A program made the translations under genes and the position numbers. Shown in pieces: positions 9,349 to 18,693 of a stretch of 64,000 nucleotides of DNA; position 1 is the first letter of the stretch, and every line of letters begins with the position of its first letter. Source of the stretch: an uncultured Succinivibrionaceae bacterium (GTDB lineage Bacteria > Pseudomonadota > Gammaproteobacteria > Enterobacterales > Succinivibrionaceae); the NCBI GenBank assembly GCA_944389865.1, contig CALXNX010000002.1, forward strand, positions 1,674 to 65,673, given 5' to 3'. A model generated the notes under the pieces. That model did not search any database. It saw nothing but the letters and a program-made list of their open reading frames with translations, and was not told the DNA's origin.

Positions 9349-10092
9349 CTATTTTCCGCCGGTTTTGTAGAGCTGATGGGCGGTAATGTAGCGCAGCACC
9401 GGCGCTGTCAGCATGTTTTTCACCTCATGCTGCGCCGAACGCTCTGCATCGGCTGCCATGGCCGCGCTTTGATTTAAAGCGGCGAGATCTGCGCGCAGCT
9501 GCGTAGAGGATACCGCGTATTCCCGGCTGTGCACAATAAAGATGCGCCCGCTGGGCTTGGCTGCGGCCGCCTTAAACTCAGCGCTGTCTGGGGCGGCGGT
9601 GACCAGCTTCTGTTCTAAATACGCTTTAAGCTGCGCCGAAAGAGCGGTCTCATCTGCCAAATTGAGTGTATAGCCCGGGCGCAGCAGCACCGCCAAATGC
9701 GCACTGTCAGTTAAGGTGAGCCCTTCATGCCAGGTGTCAAGCGTCAGCAGTGAGTCCATGCCCATAATAAAGAACAGCCGCGCTTCAGGCCCGTACTGCA
9801 ATCGCAGCAGCTTCAAAGTGTCTGCGGTATAGTGCGCCTTCGCTGCATCCTGCTCTAAGGTAGAGATCTCATACTGGCGGTGATTTAAAGCCTGCAGGGC
9901 CAGCGCGCTCATCTTAAGGCGATCGGCGTAGGAGGTGTAATTGCCGGCCTTGTGGGGCGGATGGGCGTTAGGGATCAGCACAATCTTGTCTAAATTAAAG
10001 GTGCGTCTGACCTCCTGGGCCAAATGCAGATGGCCCTTGTGGATGGGATCGAACGATCCGCCTAAAAAGCCTAAGGCCTTAGGCCGCTCCAT
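9349..10092 (-). CDS. nadD: Nicotinate-nucleotide adenylyltransferase
   Basis: The ORF was trimmed to MERPKALGFLGGSFDPIHKGHLHLA (HxGH motif). ISST-like VSSTQLR lies near the C-terminus. It overlaps the holA end by 14 nt. Confidence 0.88.
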   Translation of the reverse strand: MERPKALGFLGGSFDPIHKGHLHLAQEVRRTFNLDKIVLIPNAHPPHKAGNYTSYADRLKMSALALQALNHRQYEISTLEQDAAKAHYTADTLKLLRLQYGPEARLFFIMGMDSLLTLDTWHEGLTLTDSAHLAVLLRPGYTLNLADETALSAQLKAYLEQKLVTAAPDSAEFKAAAAKPSGRIFIVHSREYAVSSTQLRADLAALNQSAAMAADAERSAQHEVKNMLTAPVLRYITAHQLYKTGGK

Positions 10093-11161
10093 AGGCCATG
10101 GCTCCGAAGTTGTTGACCGCGACCGCCATGGTCTGCAGCAGCGCGGACGCTTCGTCAAAGGCAAAGTGCGAGTGCAGCAGGGCGCACTCCTTTAAATTGG
10201 CAATCAGGAAGTTTAACAGCTGCGGGGGCATATTGTGCGCCGCCTGCAGACAGGCCTGCTTCAGCGCCGGCGTGACTATGCCAGACGAGAGCAGCAGCGC
10301 CGTTTGCTGCTGGGGCGGCAGGCGCGCGCCTCTGAGCTTGACAATGACGTTCAGGCAGCTGTCAAGGCGGGAAATTAAAATGGGCAGTGCGGCCGCCGCT
10401 CCGCCGCTTTCAGCCTGGGTGACGGCATTTAAGATGTTGAGCGCGCGTACCCCCTGGCCTGACAGCAGGGCCTCTGCGAAGGTAAAGACCGAGAAGCGGC
10501 TGTCATCGGAGAAATAGGTATTGAGATCATCAGGCGTAATCGCTCCCTGTTTGGCGTTGAGCACCATCAGCTGCAGCGCCTGATCAATAGCGGTCAGATT
10601 GCCCTCGTTAAGGGAGGCCAGCAGCGCCGCAGTCCGAGGGTCGATAGTAAAGCCGTAAGCCTGACAGCGCCTGGCAATAAACTGCGGCAGCTCCTGGGGA
10701 TTGGGCGGGTAGATGATCTCCAATGACCCGCCGATCCCTTTGACGCAGGAAATGGCGGTCTTTTTGAGATCGGCGCGCTTATTGGGCTGGGCTGGGATCT
10801 TAGCGGCCGGCAGCTTGGCAAAGGCCGTCGTGAGCCGCGGCACATCGACAATCACAAACATCCCGGGGCGGAAATAGCGCACCACCGCCATTAAGGCCTG
10901 CGCTGCGGTATTATCGTATTCTTTAAAGTAGAGCTTGATGATGCGATCGCCGCCGAAAAGGCCCGGATCGCGCAGCTCGTTTTCCAAACGCGCTAAATTG
11001 GCCGGACCGCCTGCTGACTTAAAGTCGGCCTCGGTGAAAATTAAATAGGAGGCATGGGGCAGCTGCGTGCGCGCTGTCTGCAGCAGCTGACTGCTGCGAT
11101 CCTGCTTTAAAAGCGGCTCTTCTGAGCTCAGGATGTACAAGGGCGCGCGCTGATCGGTCAT
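10079..11161 (-). CDS. holA: DNA polymerase III delta subunit
   Basis: The call rests on size (360 aa), position between lptE and nadD, and an N-terminal pattern (YILSSEEPLL...) typical of HolA. This family is poorly conserved, so the call leans on synteny. Confidence 0.8.
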   Translation of the reverse strand: MTDQRAPLYILSSEEPLLKQDRSSQLLQTARTQLPHASYLIFTEADFKSAGGPANLARLENELRDPGLFGGDRIIKLYFKEYDNTAAQALMAVVRYFRPGMFVIVDVPRLTTAFAKLPAAKIPAQPNKRADLKKTAISCVKGIGGSLEIIYPPNPQELPQFIARRCQAYGFTIDPRTAALLASLNEGNLTAIDQALQLMVLNAKQGAITPDDLNTYFSDDSRFSVFTFAEALLSGQGVRALNILNAVTQAESGGAAAALPILISRLDSCLNVIVKLRGARLPPQQQTALLLSSGIVTPALKQACLQAAHNMPPQLLNFLIANLKECALLHSHFAFDEASALLQTMAVAVNNFGAMAYGAA

Positions 11162-11295
11162 ATATTGCTCTCTAATCCAAGGGACTGCAGAACCCGCAGG
11201 TCCCAGCTGAAACTTCGAGTGCAGTGTAGCAGAAAAAAGGCATTAAATGATGACAGCCGCGCCAAGCCGCGGCTGTCTAATAGAAAGGAAGAATA

Positions 11296-12072
11296 TTATG
11301 GCTGAGCCTTAGTATTGAGCGTGTCCGGGGCTTCGTGCTTTAACTGCGGCTCTATTGGCGGCAGCTGCGGATTGGTATAGACGCTCCCGTTATTGAGCTC
11401 ATTTAAATCCACCTGCTGCGCCTTAGCCTGATCTTCCGCGTCCTGCTGCTGCAGCGCTTCAATCAGAGTCATGCCCTCGTAGGGATTGACCGCAGTGACC
11501 TGACTTGAGGGATCATCGGCGCTGGTCACCAGGTCCTGCGGCAGCGGCACCCGGGCATCCGGATCTGATTCGCGGCCTAAATAGCCGATGCGGATCACCA
11601 TCTGCGAGGCCAGCTCTTCGTAGGTCTCAGAGGTGACGATGTCGATCTCGTTCTCCGAGGCCAGCGAGTGACCGGTTTTATTGAGCACCGTGCGGGTCAG
11701 AGAGTTGCGCATGATGATGGGGCGGTGATGCGGAATTAACAGCGTCATCGCCACCTGCACGAATAAATTGCGCTCCAGAGCCTGCGCGCGGGAGTCTACC
11801 GCTACCACTACGTTATCCACTGAAGGCTCAGGGATCAGCAAAGTGGGGACTTCCTGATTGGCCGCAAAGCCCGGATCGCCCTGCGAATTGACCTTCACGC
11901 CGCTGATGCGCAGCTTCTGCACCACCATTTTGTAAAACTGATGATGATAGTCGCCTTCGACGTTGAGCTCAGGCACCGCTTCATCAAGCTTGGTTTGATG
12001 GGGCAGATGAAAGCCGCAGGCGCTCAAGAGCGCCAGGGCAAGGCACAGGCAGCAGCATGAAGCAAAACGCAT
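11296..12072 (-). CDS. lptE: LPS-assembly lipoprotein LptE (RlpB), with a C-terminal extension
   Basis: Lipobox LLSACGFHL is present. It lies immediately downstream of leuS (18-nt gap), as in other gammaproteobacteria. Its 258 aa compare with roughly 190 in E. coli. Confidence 0.75.
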   Translation of the reverse strand: MRFASCCCLCLALALLSACGFHLPHQTKLDEAVPELNVEGDYHHQFYKMVVQKLRISGVKVNSQGDPGFAANQEVPTLLIPEPSVDNVVVAVDSRAQALERNLFVQVAMTLLIPHHRPIIMRNSLTRTVLNKTGHSLASENEIDIVTSETYEELASQMVIRIGYLGRESDPDARVPLPQDLVTSADDPSSQVTAVNPYEGMTLIEALQQQDAEDQAKAQQVDLNELNNGSVYTNPQLPPIEPQLKHEAPDTLNTKAQP

Positions 12073-12090
12073 GAATCCTCCAAATACCGA

Positions 12091-14685
12091 TCAGGCAGCC
12101 ACGATGTTGACTAAACGGCCCTTAACATAGATGACTTTGCGGACCGCTTTGCCCTCTAAGTATTTTGCCGTGCCGGCATCCTGCAGCGCGGTCTGCTTAA
12201 TCTCTTCCTCGCCCATGTCAGCCGGAACGGTGACGCGGGCGCGCACCTTGCCGTTGACCTGCACGACGATGAGCAGCTCGTCGGCCGTTAAGGCGCTCTG
12301 GTCGACTTCAGGCCAGCGGGCCTGCAGATCAATGTCTGCGCTGTTGCCCAGCATGCGGTAGAGCTTAAAGCAGATGTGCGGCACGATAGGATAGAGCATC
12401 AGTACGGCGGCGTTGTAGATCTCATAGCGCACGCTGAGGCCCACGGCATCCTTGCGATTGTACTTTGCGGCAGCGTTTAAAAGCTCCATCACCGAAGCAA
12501 TAGCCGTGTTGAAGGTCTGGCGGCGGCCGATGTCATCGGAGACCTTGGCGATAGTGCGGTGCAGCAGCGAGCGCAGCTGCTTTTCCTCATGGCCCAAAGC
12601 GCTCTTGTCCAGCGGGACATAAGCGCCGTCAGCGGTAAGATCGCACACCTGCTTCCACAGCTTCTTTAAGAAGCGGTTGGCCCCTTCCACGCCGGACTGC
12701 CGCCACTCTAAGGTAAGCTCAGCCGGCGAGGCGAACATCATGAACAGGCGCACGGTATCAGCGCCGTACAGCCGGACCATATCTTCAGGATCGATGCCGT
12801 TGTTCTTGCTCTTGGACATCTTGATCATGCCCTCGTGCACCAGCTCGTGACCTGCGGCATCCACGGCCTTGATGATGTTGCCCTTATCGTCGCGAGTGAC
12901 GACGGCGTCAAGCGGGCTGACCCACACGCGCGCGCCGGCTTCGTTGACGTAGTAGAAGGCGTCAGCCAGCACCATGCCCTGGCAGAGCAGCCGCTTGAAG
13001 GGCTCATCGCCGCTGACCATGCCGGCATCGCGCATCAGTTTGAAGAAGAAGCGCGAATAGAGCAGATGCAGTACGGCGTGCTCAATGCCGCCGATGTACT
13101 GATCGACCGGAAGCCAGTAGTCGGCTGCGCTCTTTTCCACCATGCCGCCTTCATAGCGCGGCGAGCAGTAGCGGGCGAAGTACCAGGAAGACTCCATGAA
13201 GGTGTCAAAGGTATCAGTCTCGCGGACGGCGGGCTTGCCCTCGTATGAGGTCTGATACCAGCTGGGATCGGTCTTTAAAGGCGAGGTCACGCCGTCAATC
13301 TTGACGTCGGTGGGCAGAGTGACCGGCAGGTTCTCAGCCTTCTCCGGGACAATGGTGCCGTCCTCCAAGGTCAGCATCGGAATGGGAGCGCCCCAGTAGC
13401 GCTGACGGGAAATGCACCAGTCGCGCAGACGGTAGTTGACCTTGCGCTGCGCGCAGCCCTGCGCCTCCAGCTTGTCGGCAATGGCGTCAAAAGCCTGCTC
13501 GAAATTAAGGCCGTCAAACTCGCCTGAATTGTACAGCACGCCGTGATCGGTGAAGGCGCCCTGGGATAAATCAGGCTCCGGGCCGTCCGCCGGGCGGATC
13601 ACGCCTTTGATGGGCAGATTGTATTTTTTGGCAAATTCGTAGTCGCGCTCGTCATGGGCCGGGACGGACATCACGGCGCCGGTGCCGTAATCCATGATGA
13701 CGAAGTTGGCCACCAGGATGGGGAATTTTTCGCCGGTAATAGGGTGCACGGCATTAAGGCCTGTCGGCATGCCCTTCTTTTCCATGGTGGCGATGTCGGC
13801 TTCAGCAAATTTCTGCGTGCGGCATTCCTGACAGAAGGCGGCCAGCTCAGCATTGTGCTCGCAGGCTTTGCGGGCTAAGGGGTGGTTGGCGGAGATGGCC
13901 ATATAGGTAATGCCCATGAAGGTATCCGGACGGGTGGTATAGACCGTCACGGTATCCTCGCTGTCCGCTACCTTGAAGGTGATCTCCAGACCCTTGGACT
14001 TGCCGATCCAATTGCGCTGCATGGTGCGCACGCGCTCGGGCCAGCCGTCGAGCTTATCGATGTCCTGCAGCAGCTCCTCGGCGTAGGCGGTGATCTTTAA
14101 ATACCACTGCGGAATTTCGCGCAGCTCGACTTTAGCGTCGCAGCGCCAGCAGCGGCCGTCCACCACCTGTTCGTTGGCCAGCACGGTCTGATCGTTCGGG
14201 CACCAGTTGACGGTAGAAACCTTCTTATACACAAGTCCCTTTTTGTACAGCTCCCCGAAGAACTGCTGCTCCCATTTGTAGTACTCGGGACGGCAGGTGG
14301 CCACTTCGCGCTGCCAGTCGTAGGATAAGCCTAAGGACTTTAACTGCCGCTTCATATAGGCAATGTTGGCGTAAGTCCAGTCGGCCGGCTGAGCATTGTT
14401 CTTAATGGCGGCATTTTCAGCCGGCAGACCAAAGGAGTCCCAGCCGATAGGGGCCATCACATTTTTGCCCTGCAGACGCTGATAGCGGGCAATCACGTCG
14501 CCGATGGTGTAGTTGCGCACATGGCCCATGTGCAGCTTGCCTGACGGATAGGGGAACATCACGAGGCAGTAATACTTCTCTCTGCTCTGATCCTCGCAGG
14601 CATGGAAAGTCTCATGCTCCTGCCAATACTGCTGAATTTCCGGCTCAATCTCCTGCGGATTGTAAGCAGTGTCATTGGTTGCCAT
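12091..14685 (-). CDS. leuS: Leucyl-tRNA synthetase
   Basis: The ORF was trimmed to [27 protein letters not shown] (ATG at 14685). The motifs HMGHVRNY (HIGH) and KMSKSKNN (KMSKS) are present. The upstream 125-codon extension in the track overlaps the divergent ldt gene and is rejected. Confidence 0.97.
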   Translation of the reverse strand: MATNDTAYNPQEIEPEIQQYWQEHETFHACEDQSREKYYCLVMFPYPSGKLHMGHVRNYTIGDVIARYQRLQGKNVMAPIGWDSFGLPAENAAIKNNAQPADWTYANIAYMKRQLKSLGLSYDWQREVATCRPEYYKWEQQFFGELYKKGLVYKKVSTVNWCPNDQTVLANEQVVDGRCWRCDAKVELREIPQWYLKITAYAEELLQDIDKLDGWPERVRTMQRNWIGKSKGLEITFKVADSEDTVTVYTTRPDTFMGITYMAISANHPLARKACEHNAELAAFCQECRTQKFAEADIATMEKKGMPTGLNAVHPITGEKFPILVANFVIMDYGTGAVMSVPAHDERDYEFAKKYNLPIKGVIRPADGPEPDLSQGAFTDHGVLYNSGEFDGLNFEQAFDAIADKLEAQGCAQRKVNYRLRDWCISRQRYWGAPIPMLTLEDGTIVPEKAENLPVTLPTDVKIDGVTSPLKTDPSWYQTSYEGKPAVRETDTFDTFMESSWYFARYCSPRYEGGMVEKSAADYWLPVDQYIGGIEHAVLHLLYSRFFFKLMRDAGMVSGDEPFKRLLCQGMVLADAFYYVNEAGARVWVSPLDAVVTRDDKGNIIKAVDAAGHELVHEGMIKMSKSKNNGIDPEDMVRLYGADTVRLFMMFASPAELTLEWRQSGVEGANRFLKKLWKQVCDLTADGAYVPLDKSALGHEEKQLRSLLHRTIAKVSDDIGRRQTFNTAIASVMELLNAAAKYNRKDAVGLSVRYEIYNAAVLMLYPIVPHICFKLYRMLGNSADIDLQARWPEVDQSALTADELLIVVQVNGKVRARVTVPADMGEEEIKQTALQDAGTAKYLEGKAVRKVIYVKGRLVNIVAA

Positions 14686-14983
14686 TTGTTCTGTAAGCTC
14701 CGATAAAGTGAAATCAGCGCGCTGGGCCCCCGGCCCTGTCAGCGGCATTAAATAAAAAAAACAGCCCCTTATTTTGCCATGAAAACGGCAGTTTCGGGCA
14801 GTTAATGCGCTGCCGGTCACAAAAAATTGTGCATCCACGCACCGCAATGGTGCGTAAGGGGGCGCCGGGACCGCGCCTGGGCGGCGCTTTTTGCGCTCCA
14901 AGTCAGCACAAGTGTTGGAAAAAAAGTAAAATAAAGCGGTCTGCCGCCGGCGCATCAGGCGGCGCATAATTAAGGATCTTTTT

Positions 14984-15943
14984 ATGAATAAGCTTTTAAG
15001 CGCCGCGTGCCTGTGCGCTCTGCTGGCCTCCTTAAGTGCCGGGGCTTTTGAAGAAACCACGCAGCATAATGTCCCGGACAGCGTGATCTTTCATTCCTAT
15101 CCCCTAACTGAGAGCACGCAGATAGTAGGCGAGGATGATACTTATTTAATTGACCCTGAGGGCGTCACTACCCTTGAATACGTGGCCGCGCACTATAAAT
15201 TGGGCCTGTCCAATATGATCGAGGCCAATCCTTACGTCGATCCGATTGTGCCGCTTAAGGGCAGCCGCTTAATTGTGCCGCTGCGGCTGATCCTGCCTGA
15301 TGCCAAGCGCGATGGGATCGTGGTAAATTCCCCTGAGATGCGCCTGTACTACTACCACGACAATCAGGTTGAAGTTTTTCCTATCGGCATCGGCGAGGTG
15401 GGCAAGGGTACACCGCTCAGCTGGGTCACCAAGGTCGAGCGCAAGCGCGCCAATCCTACCTGGACGCCGACGGCGCAGATGCGCCGCGAGGCTGCAGCCG
15501 CCGGCGAGCCGCTGCCTGCGGTATGGCCGGCCGGCCCCGATAATCCCATGGGCTTATTTGCCCTGTACGTCGGCAAACTCTTTGCCATTCACGGCACCAA
15601 CGCTGACTTCGGCATCGGTCTGCGCGTCAGCCACGGCTGCGTGCGTCTGCGCCATGACGATATTGAATATCTGTTCAATAACGTGCCGGTAGGGACCCGC
15701 GTGGCCTTTATCAATCAGCCGATTAAGTACGTCAAGACCCCTGAGGGCGCCATCTATATTGAAGTCCATCAGCCGCTCTCGCGCACCCAGGCTGAGTTTG
15801 AAGAGCTGACTAATCAGCCTTTTACCTTTACTAAGGCAGATGAGGAGTTCTTTGCAGATCCCGAGATCGATCAGGAAATTCTGCAGCGCGCCTTAACCGA
15901 GCGCTCCGGGCGCGTGATCATGCTCAATCCCCCCAAGTTCTAA
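14984..15943 (+). CDS. L,D-transpeptidase, ErfK/YbiS/YcfS/YnhG (YkuD) family
   Basis: It has a signal peptide. The N-terminal region reads [52 protein letters not shown], like E. coli YbiS/ErfK. The catalytic motif is [25 protein letters not shown]. Confidence 0.9.
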   Translation: MNKLLSAACLCALLASLSAGAFEETTQHNVPDSVIFHSYPLTESTQIVGEDDTYLIDPEGVTTLEYVAAHYKLGLSNMIEANPYVDPIVPLKGSRLIVPLRLILPDAKRDGIVVNSPEMRLYYYHDNQVEVFPIGIGEVGKGTPLSWVTKVERKRANPTWTPTAQMRREAAAAGEPLPAVWPAGPDNPMGLFALYVGKLFAIHGTNADFGIGLRVSHGCVRLRHDDIEYLFNNVPVGTRVAFINQPIKYVKTPEGAIYIEVHQPLSRTQAEFEELTNQPFTFTKADEEFFADPEIDQEILQRALTERSGRVIMLNPPKF

Positions 15944-15946
15944 ACC

Positions 15947-18604
15947 ATGCAGAGCAGTGCGCTTAAATTCCTGCTGCCAGCCGCCTTGGTTTTGAGCCTG
16001 CAGGCGGCAGCGCAGCCGCAGAGTGCAGGGCAGCCGGCGCTCAAGCCGGTGCCGGGTGAGCTGGCCGCCGCCGCAGCAGAATCTGAGGATAATGATGAAC
16101 TGCAGCCGCTCTTTGCGGCCGCCTTAAATCCACAGGCTCAGACCGCGGCTCTGCAGCAGCAGTTTAAAGTCTCAGGCACGCTTCTGCCCGCAGCTTCTGA
16201 TCCGCAGCTGCAGCTGGTACCGCTTAAATATTTAGACGCTCTGCTCCAAGACGATGCGCGGCATAACGGCGGGCTGGTCTTTCCCTTTTTAGTCTTTGCC
16301 GGCGGCGCGGGCAGCGATCATTTAGATGCCTGCAGCCGGATTGAGACTGACGGGCGCAGCGCGCAGCTTGCCGCTTTAGAACAGCGCAGCGCGCAGCAGG
16401 AGGAAGATGATGCAGTGCAGCTTGGCCTTGAAGATCTGGAAGAGGCGGGTCTTGCCTGGCTCTATCTGCAGCCCGAGCTTGCTGCGCAGGGGCTGTCGCT
16501 TAATACCGGTGCGCTGCCCCGGCAGGGCTTGTCCTTAGATCTCAAAGCAGTGTCCATGCGCACTCTGCTGCAGAATCTGGCTTTTTACAGTCATGTGGAC
16601 GACCAGGGCTTCAGGCTGCCGGCCACGCCCTTTGATCAGCACATCTACAGCCGCTTCACCGAGCGCATGATCAATGGCGATAAGCTCTCTGCTTTAGGCC
16701 AGGGCTGCTCTTTTGCGCATGAGGAAAACTGCGGGCTTTATTTTACCGGTGCGCATGTCAGCGCGGTGCTTAAAGATGCCGGCGTCAGTTCCCCCTTCTA
16801 CATCAAGGATGATTTGTACGGCATTCCGCTGCGCTTTGATGAGCACGGGCAGCCGCAGCTCATTCTGCGCGCTGCGCTGTCCTCGGATTGGAATTACGTC
16901 AATTACGGCAATTTAATGGAGCTGGAGCTGGCGGTGCTGCAGGATCTGGGCTTTAACGTCAATCCGCGCCGGCATTACGGACGCTCGATTTATACCTTCG
17001 GAACCAGGGAAGAGCCCTTAAGACAGCAGCTGAGCTTTGCTTACGGGGACATTAACCATGCAGGCGACTATACTCTGCGCCCCAACAGCGCTCCTCTGGC
17101 GGTAGGTCTGCACTTATACGGCTCCTATAATGACATCTTAGCCGGCGGCACCGTCACTTCATCCGGTATCGGCTCCATCGGCGTGCGCGCAGACGGCTCA
17201 TACAATCGCCTGACCCTGCCTTTTCAGTCCTACGTGCGGGTGACAGGACCGCGCAGCATGGCAGCGGCGCTTACCAACGGCCATGACAATGTGCTGCAGA
17301 TAGACGGCGTCTTAAGCGCGCCGGCAGCTGACGGCATTGCCCTAAGCGCCGATTACGGCTCGAATATCTACTCGGACTTAACTGAGGCGCAGGGCTCGTG
17401 GCAGCGCTCGCGCTCTATTCCGGCTGCAGCCGGCGATCCGGCGGCAGCTTTGCCGCTGCTGCCGCCCTTAGAGGGGCCCCTTGCTCAGAAGATCAACATC
17501 TCCGGGCGATTGGAGGGCGGTCAGGCTGCGATCTATGCTGCGCCCGGCGCCTATGTGGGTGAAATCAATTTAACCGGGCGGGCGCAGATCTACGGGAATA
17601 TAGAGATTGCCTGGCATCCGCAGCCGCTGACGGATGATCTGGATGATGCACAGAAGTCGCGCCGGCCGCTGCCGCTCAATCTGCATGCGCCCACTGCTCA
17701 CGGCGCGGCTGCGGGGAATTTTTACGGCAGGCTGCCGCATAAGTCCGCTTGCTTTATCGGCACGCAGCTGCATCTGCCTGACGGAGTCAAGCCGGAGACT
17801 TTGACCACCAGGCTTAATTTAGGCATCAGCAAGGTCGCGGCAGCCGCCTCCGGACCTTCCGAACCTGCAGGCGATCCGCGCGCCAACATCCTTATAAACG
17901 GCGATGTGCAGGGGCCTGCATTGGAGATTAATCAGCCCGGCGGGCGGGCGCAAATCAGCGGTGCGCTGCAGGCGCGCAGCCTCACGGTCCGGCATGGTTT
18001 AATGCGTCTTAATCTGCCGGCAGGTGAGCAGGGCAGACTGCAGCAGCTGCAGCTGGGCGCGCGCGGCGTTTTAGATCTGCTCAACGGCAGGGCGGATACG
18101 CTGATTATTGACCGTGCCGCGATCTCGCGTACGGCCGCGGTGCGTGTCGATGCAGCCCCTGATGGGACTATCATGGATCAGCTGATCATTACTCATGACG
18201 CACAGTCAAGCTCGGGATATCTGACCTTAGAGCCGGGCGTGTCCTTTGATGCTTTAAAGCGGCTGTCCGCTGATCCGCGCCAATTCTTAAGCTTTATGAC
18301 CACATTTTCCTCCAGCGCTAATTATCTGTATAAGGATTTAGATATCTTTGTGGCCTTTCCAAACCAGATCTGGCTGCAGAACGGTACCTACGGGCGCGAG
18401 ACGCGCTGCAGCGCCCGCGGCTGCCGGGCTGGGAATTTTGTCAAAGCCTACGCACAGGGACATGCAGAGCTGCCGTCCTGGCGCTATGCCTTAAGCATCG
18501 GCGGTCTGGCTGCCTTAGTCTTAGGCACTGTGCTTTACTTTAAGCTTGCGCAGTACTTCAGCCGCCGCCGGATGCGCAGGCAGGCAAAAGCTCAGCAAGA
18601 GTGA
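15947..18604 (+). CDS. Large secreted or surface protein of unknown function (885 aa): signal peptide, beta-helix-like Gly-rich middle, C-terminal TM helix plus Arg-rich tail
   Basis: The start lies 4 nt after the ldt stop. The signal peptide is MQSSALKFLLPAALVLSLQAAAQP. The middle carries repeated G-x-I/V-x-G strand-like patterns. The last 40 aa read SWRYALSIGGLAALVLGTVLYFKLAQYFSRRRMRRQAKAQQE. I recognise no catalytic motif. Confidence 0.7.
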   Translation: MQSSALKFLLPAALVLSLQAAAQPQSAGQPALKPVPGELAAAAAESEDNDELQPLFAAALNPQAQTAALQQQFKVSGTLLPAASDPQLQLVPLKYLDALLQDDARHNGGLVFPFLVFAGGAGSDHLDACSRIETDGRSAQLAALEQRSAQQEEDDAVQLGLEDLEEAGLAWLYLQPELAAQGLSLNTGALPRQGLSLDLKAVSMRTLLQNLAFYSHVDDQGFRLPATPFDQHIYSRFTERMINGDKLSALGQGCSFAHEENCGLYFTGAHVSAVLKDAGVSSPFYIKDDLYGIPLRFDEHGQPQLILRAALSSDWNYVNYGNLMELELAVLQDLGFNVNPRRHYGRSIYTFGTREEPLRQQLSFAYGDINHAGDYTLRPNSAPLAVGLHLYGSYNDILAGGTVTSSGIGSIGVRADGSYNRLTLPFQSYVRVTGPRSMAAALTNGHDNVLQIDGVLSAPAADGIALSADYGSNIYSDLTEAQGSWQRSRSIPAAAGDPAAALPLLPPLEGPLAQKINISGRLEGGQAAIYAAPGAYVGEINLTGRAQIYGNIEIAWHPQPLTDDLDDAQKSRRPLPLNLHAPTAHGAAAGNFYGRLPHKSACFIGTQLHLPDGVKPETLTTRLNLGISKVAAAASGPSEPAGDPRANILINGDVQGPALEINQPGGRAQISGALQARSLTVRHGLMRLNLPAGEQGRLQQLQLGARGVLDLLNGRADTLIIDRAAISRTAAVRVDAAPDGTIMDQLIITHDAQSSSGYLTLEPGVSFDALKRLSADPRQFLSFMTTFSSSANYLYKDLDIFVAFPNQIWLQNGTYGRETRCSARGCRAGNFVKAYAQGHAELPSWRYALSIGGLAALVLGTVLYFKLAQYFSRRRMRRQAKAQQE

Positions 18605-18693
18605 TTGTGCTGGGCTGACCCGGGCCGGCAGTGCACTGACTTGCAGAGCCGGCTGCTTGCCGCTGTCCCTTAAAGACAGCGGTTGGCGCCATT

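Noticed and set aside
12835-13248. 137-aa plus-strand ORF
   Set aside because: It is antisense to leuS.
14686-15060. 125-codon N-terminal extension of the leuS ORF in the track
   Set aside because: LeuS homology begins at the [13 protein letters not shown] Met (14685). The extension is Arg/Phe-rich nonsense and overlaps the divergent ldt start and promoter region.
18660-18682. Hairpin ccgctgtc-N7-gacagcgg between the convergent 885-aa gene and hsdR, as a bidirectional terminator
   Set aside because: The stem is only 8 bp and there is no flanking T-run on either strand. It is plausible, but the sequence alone does not support a call.
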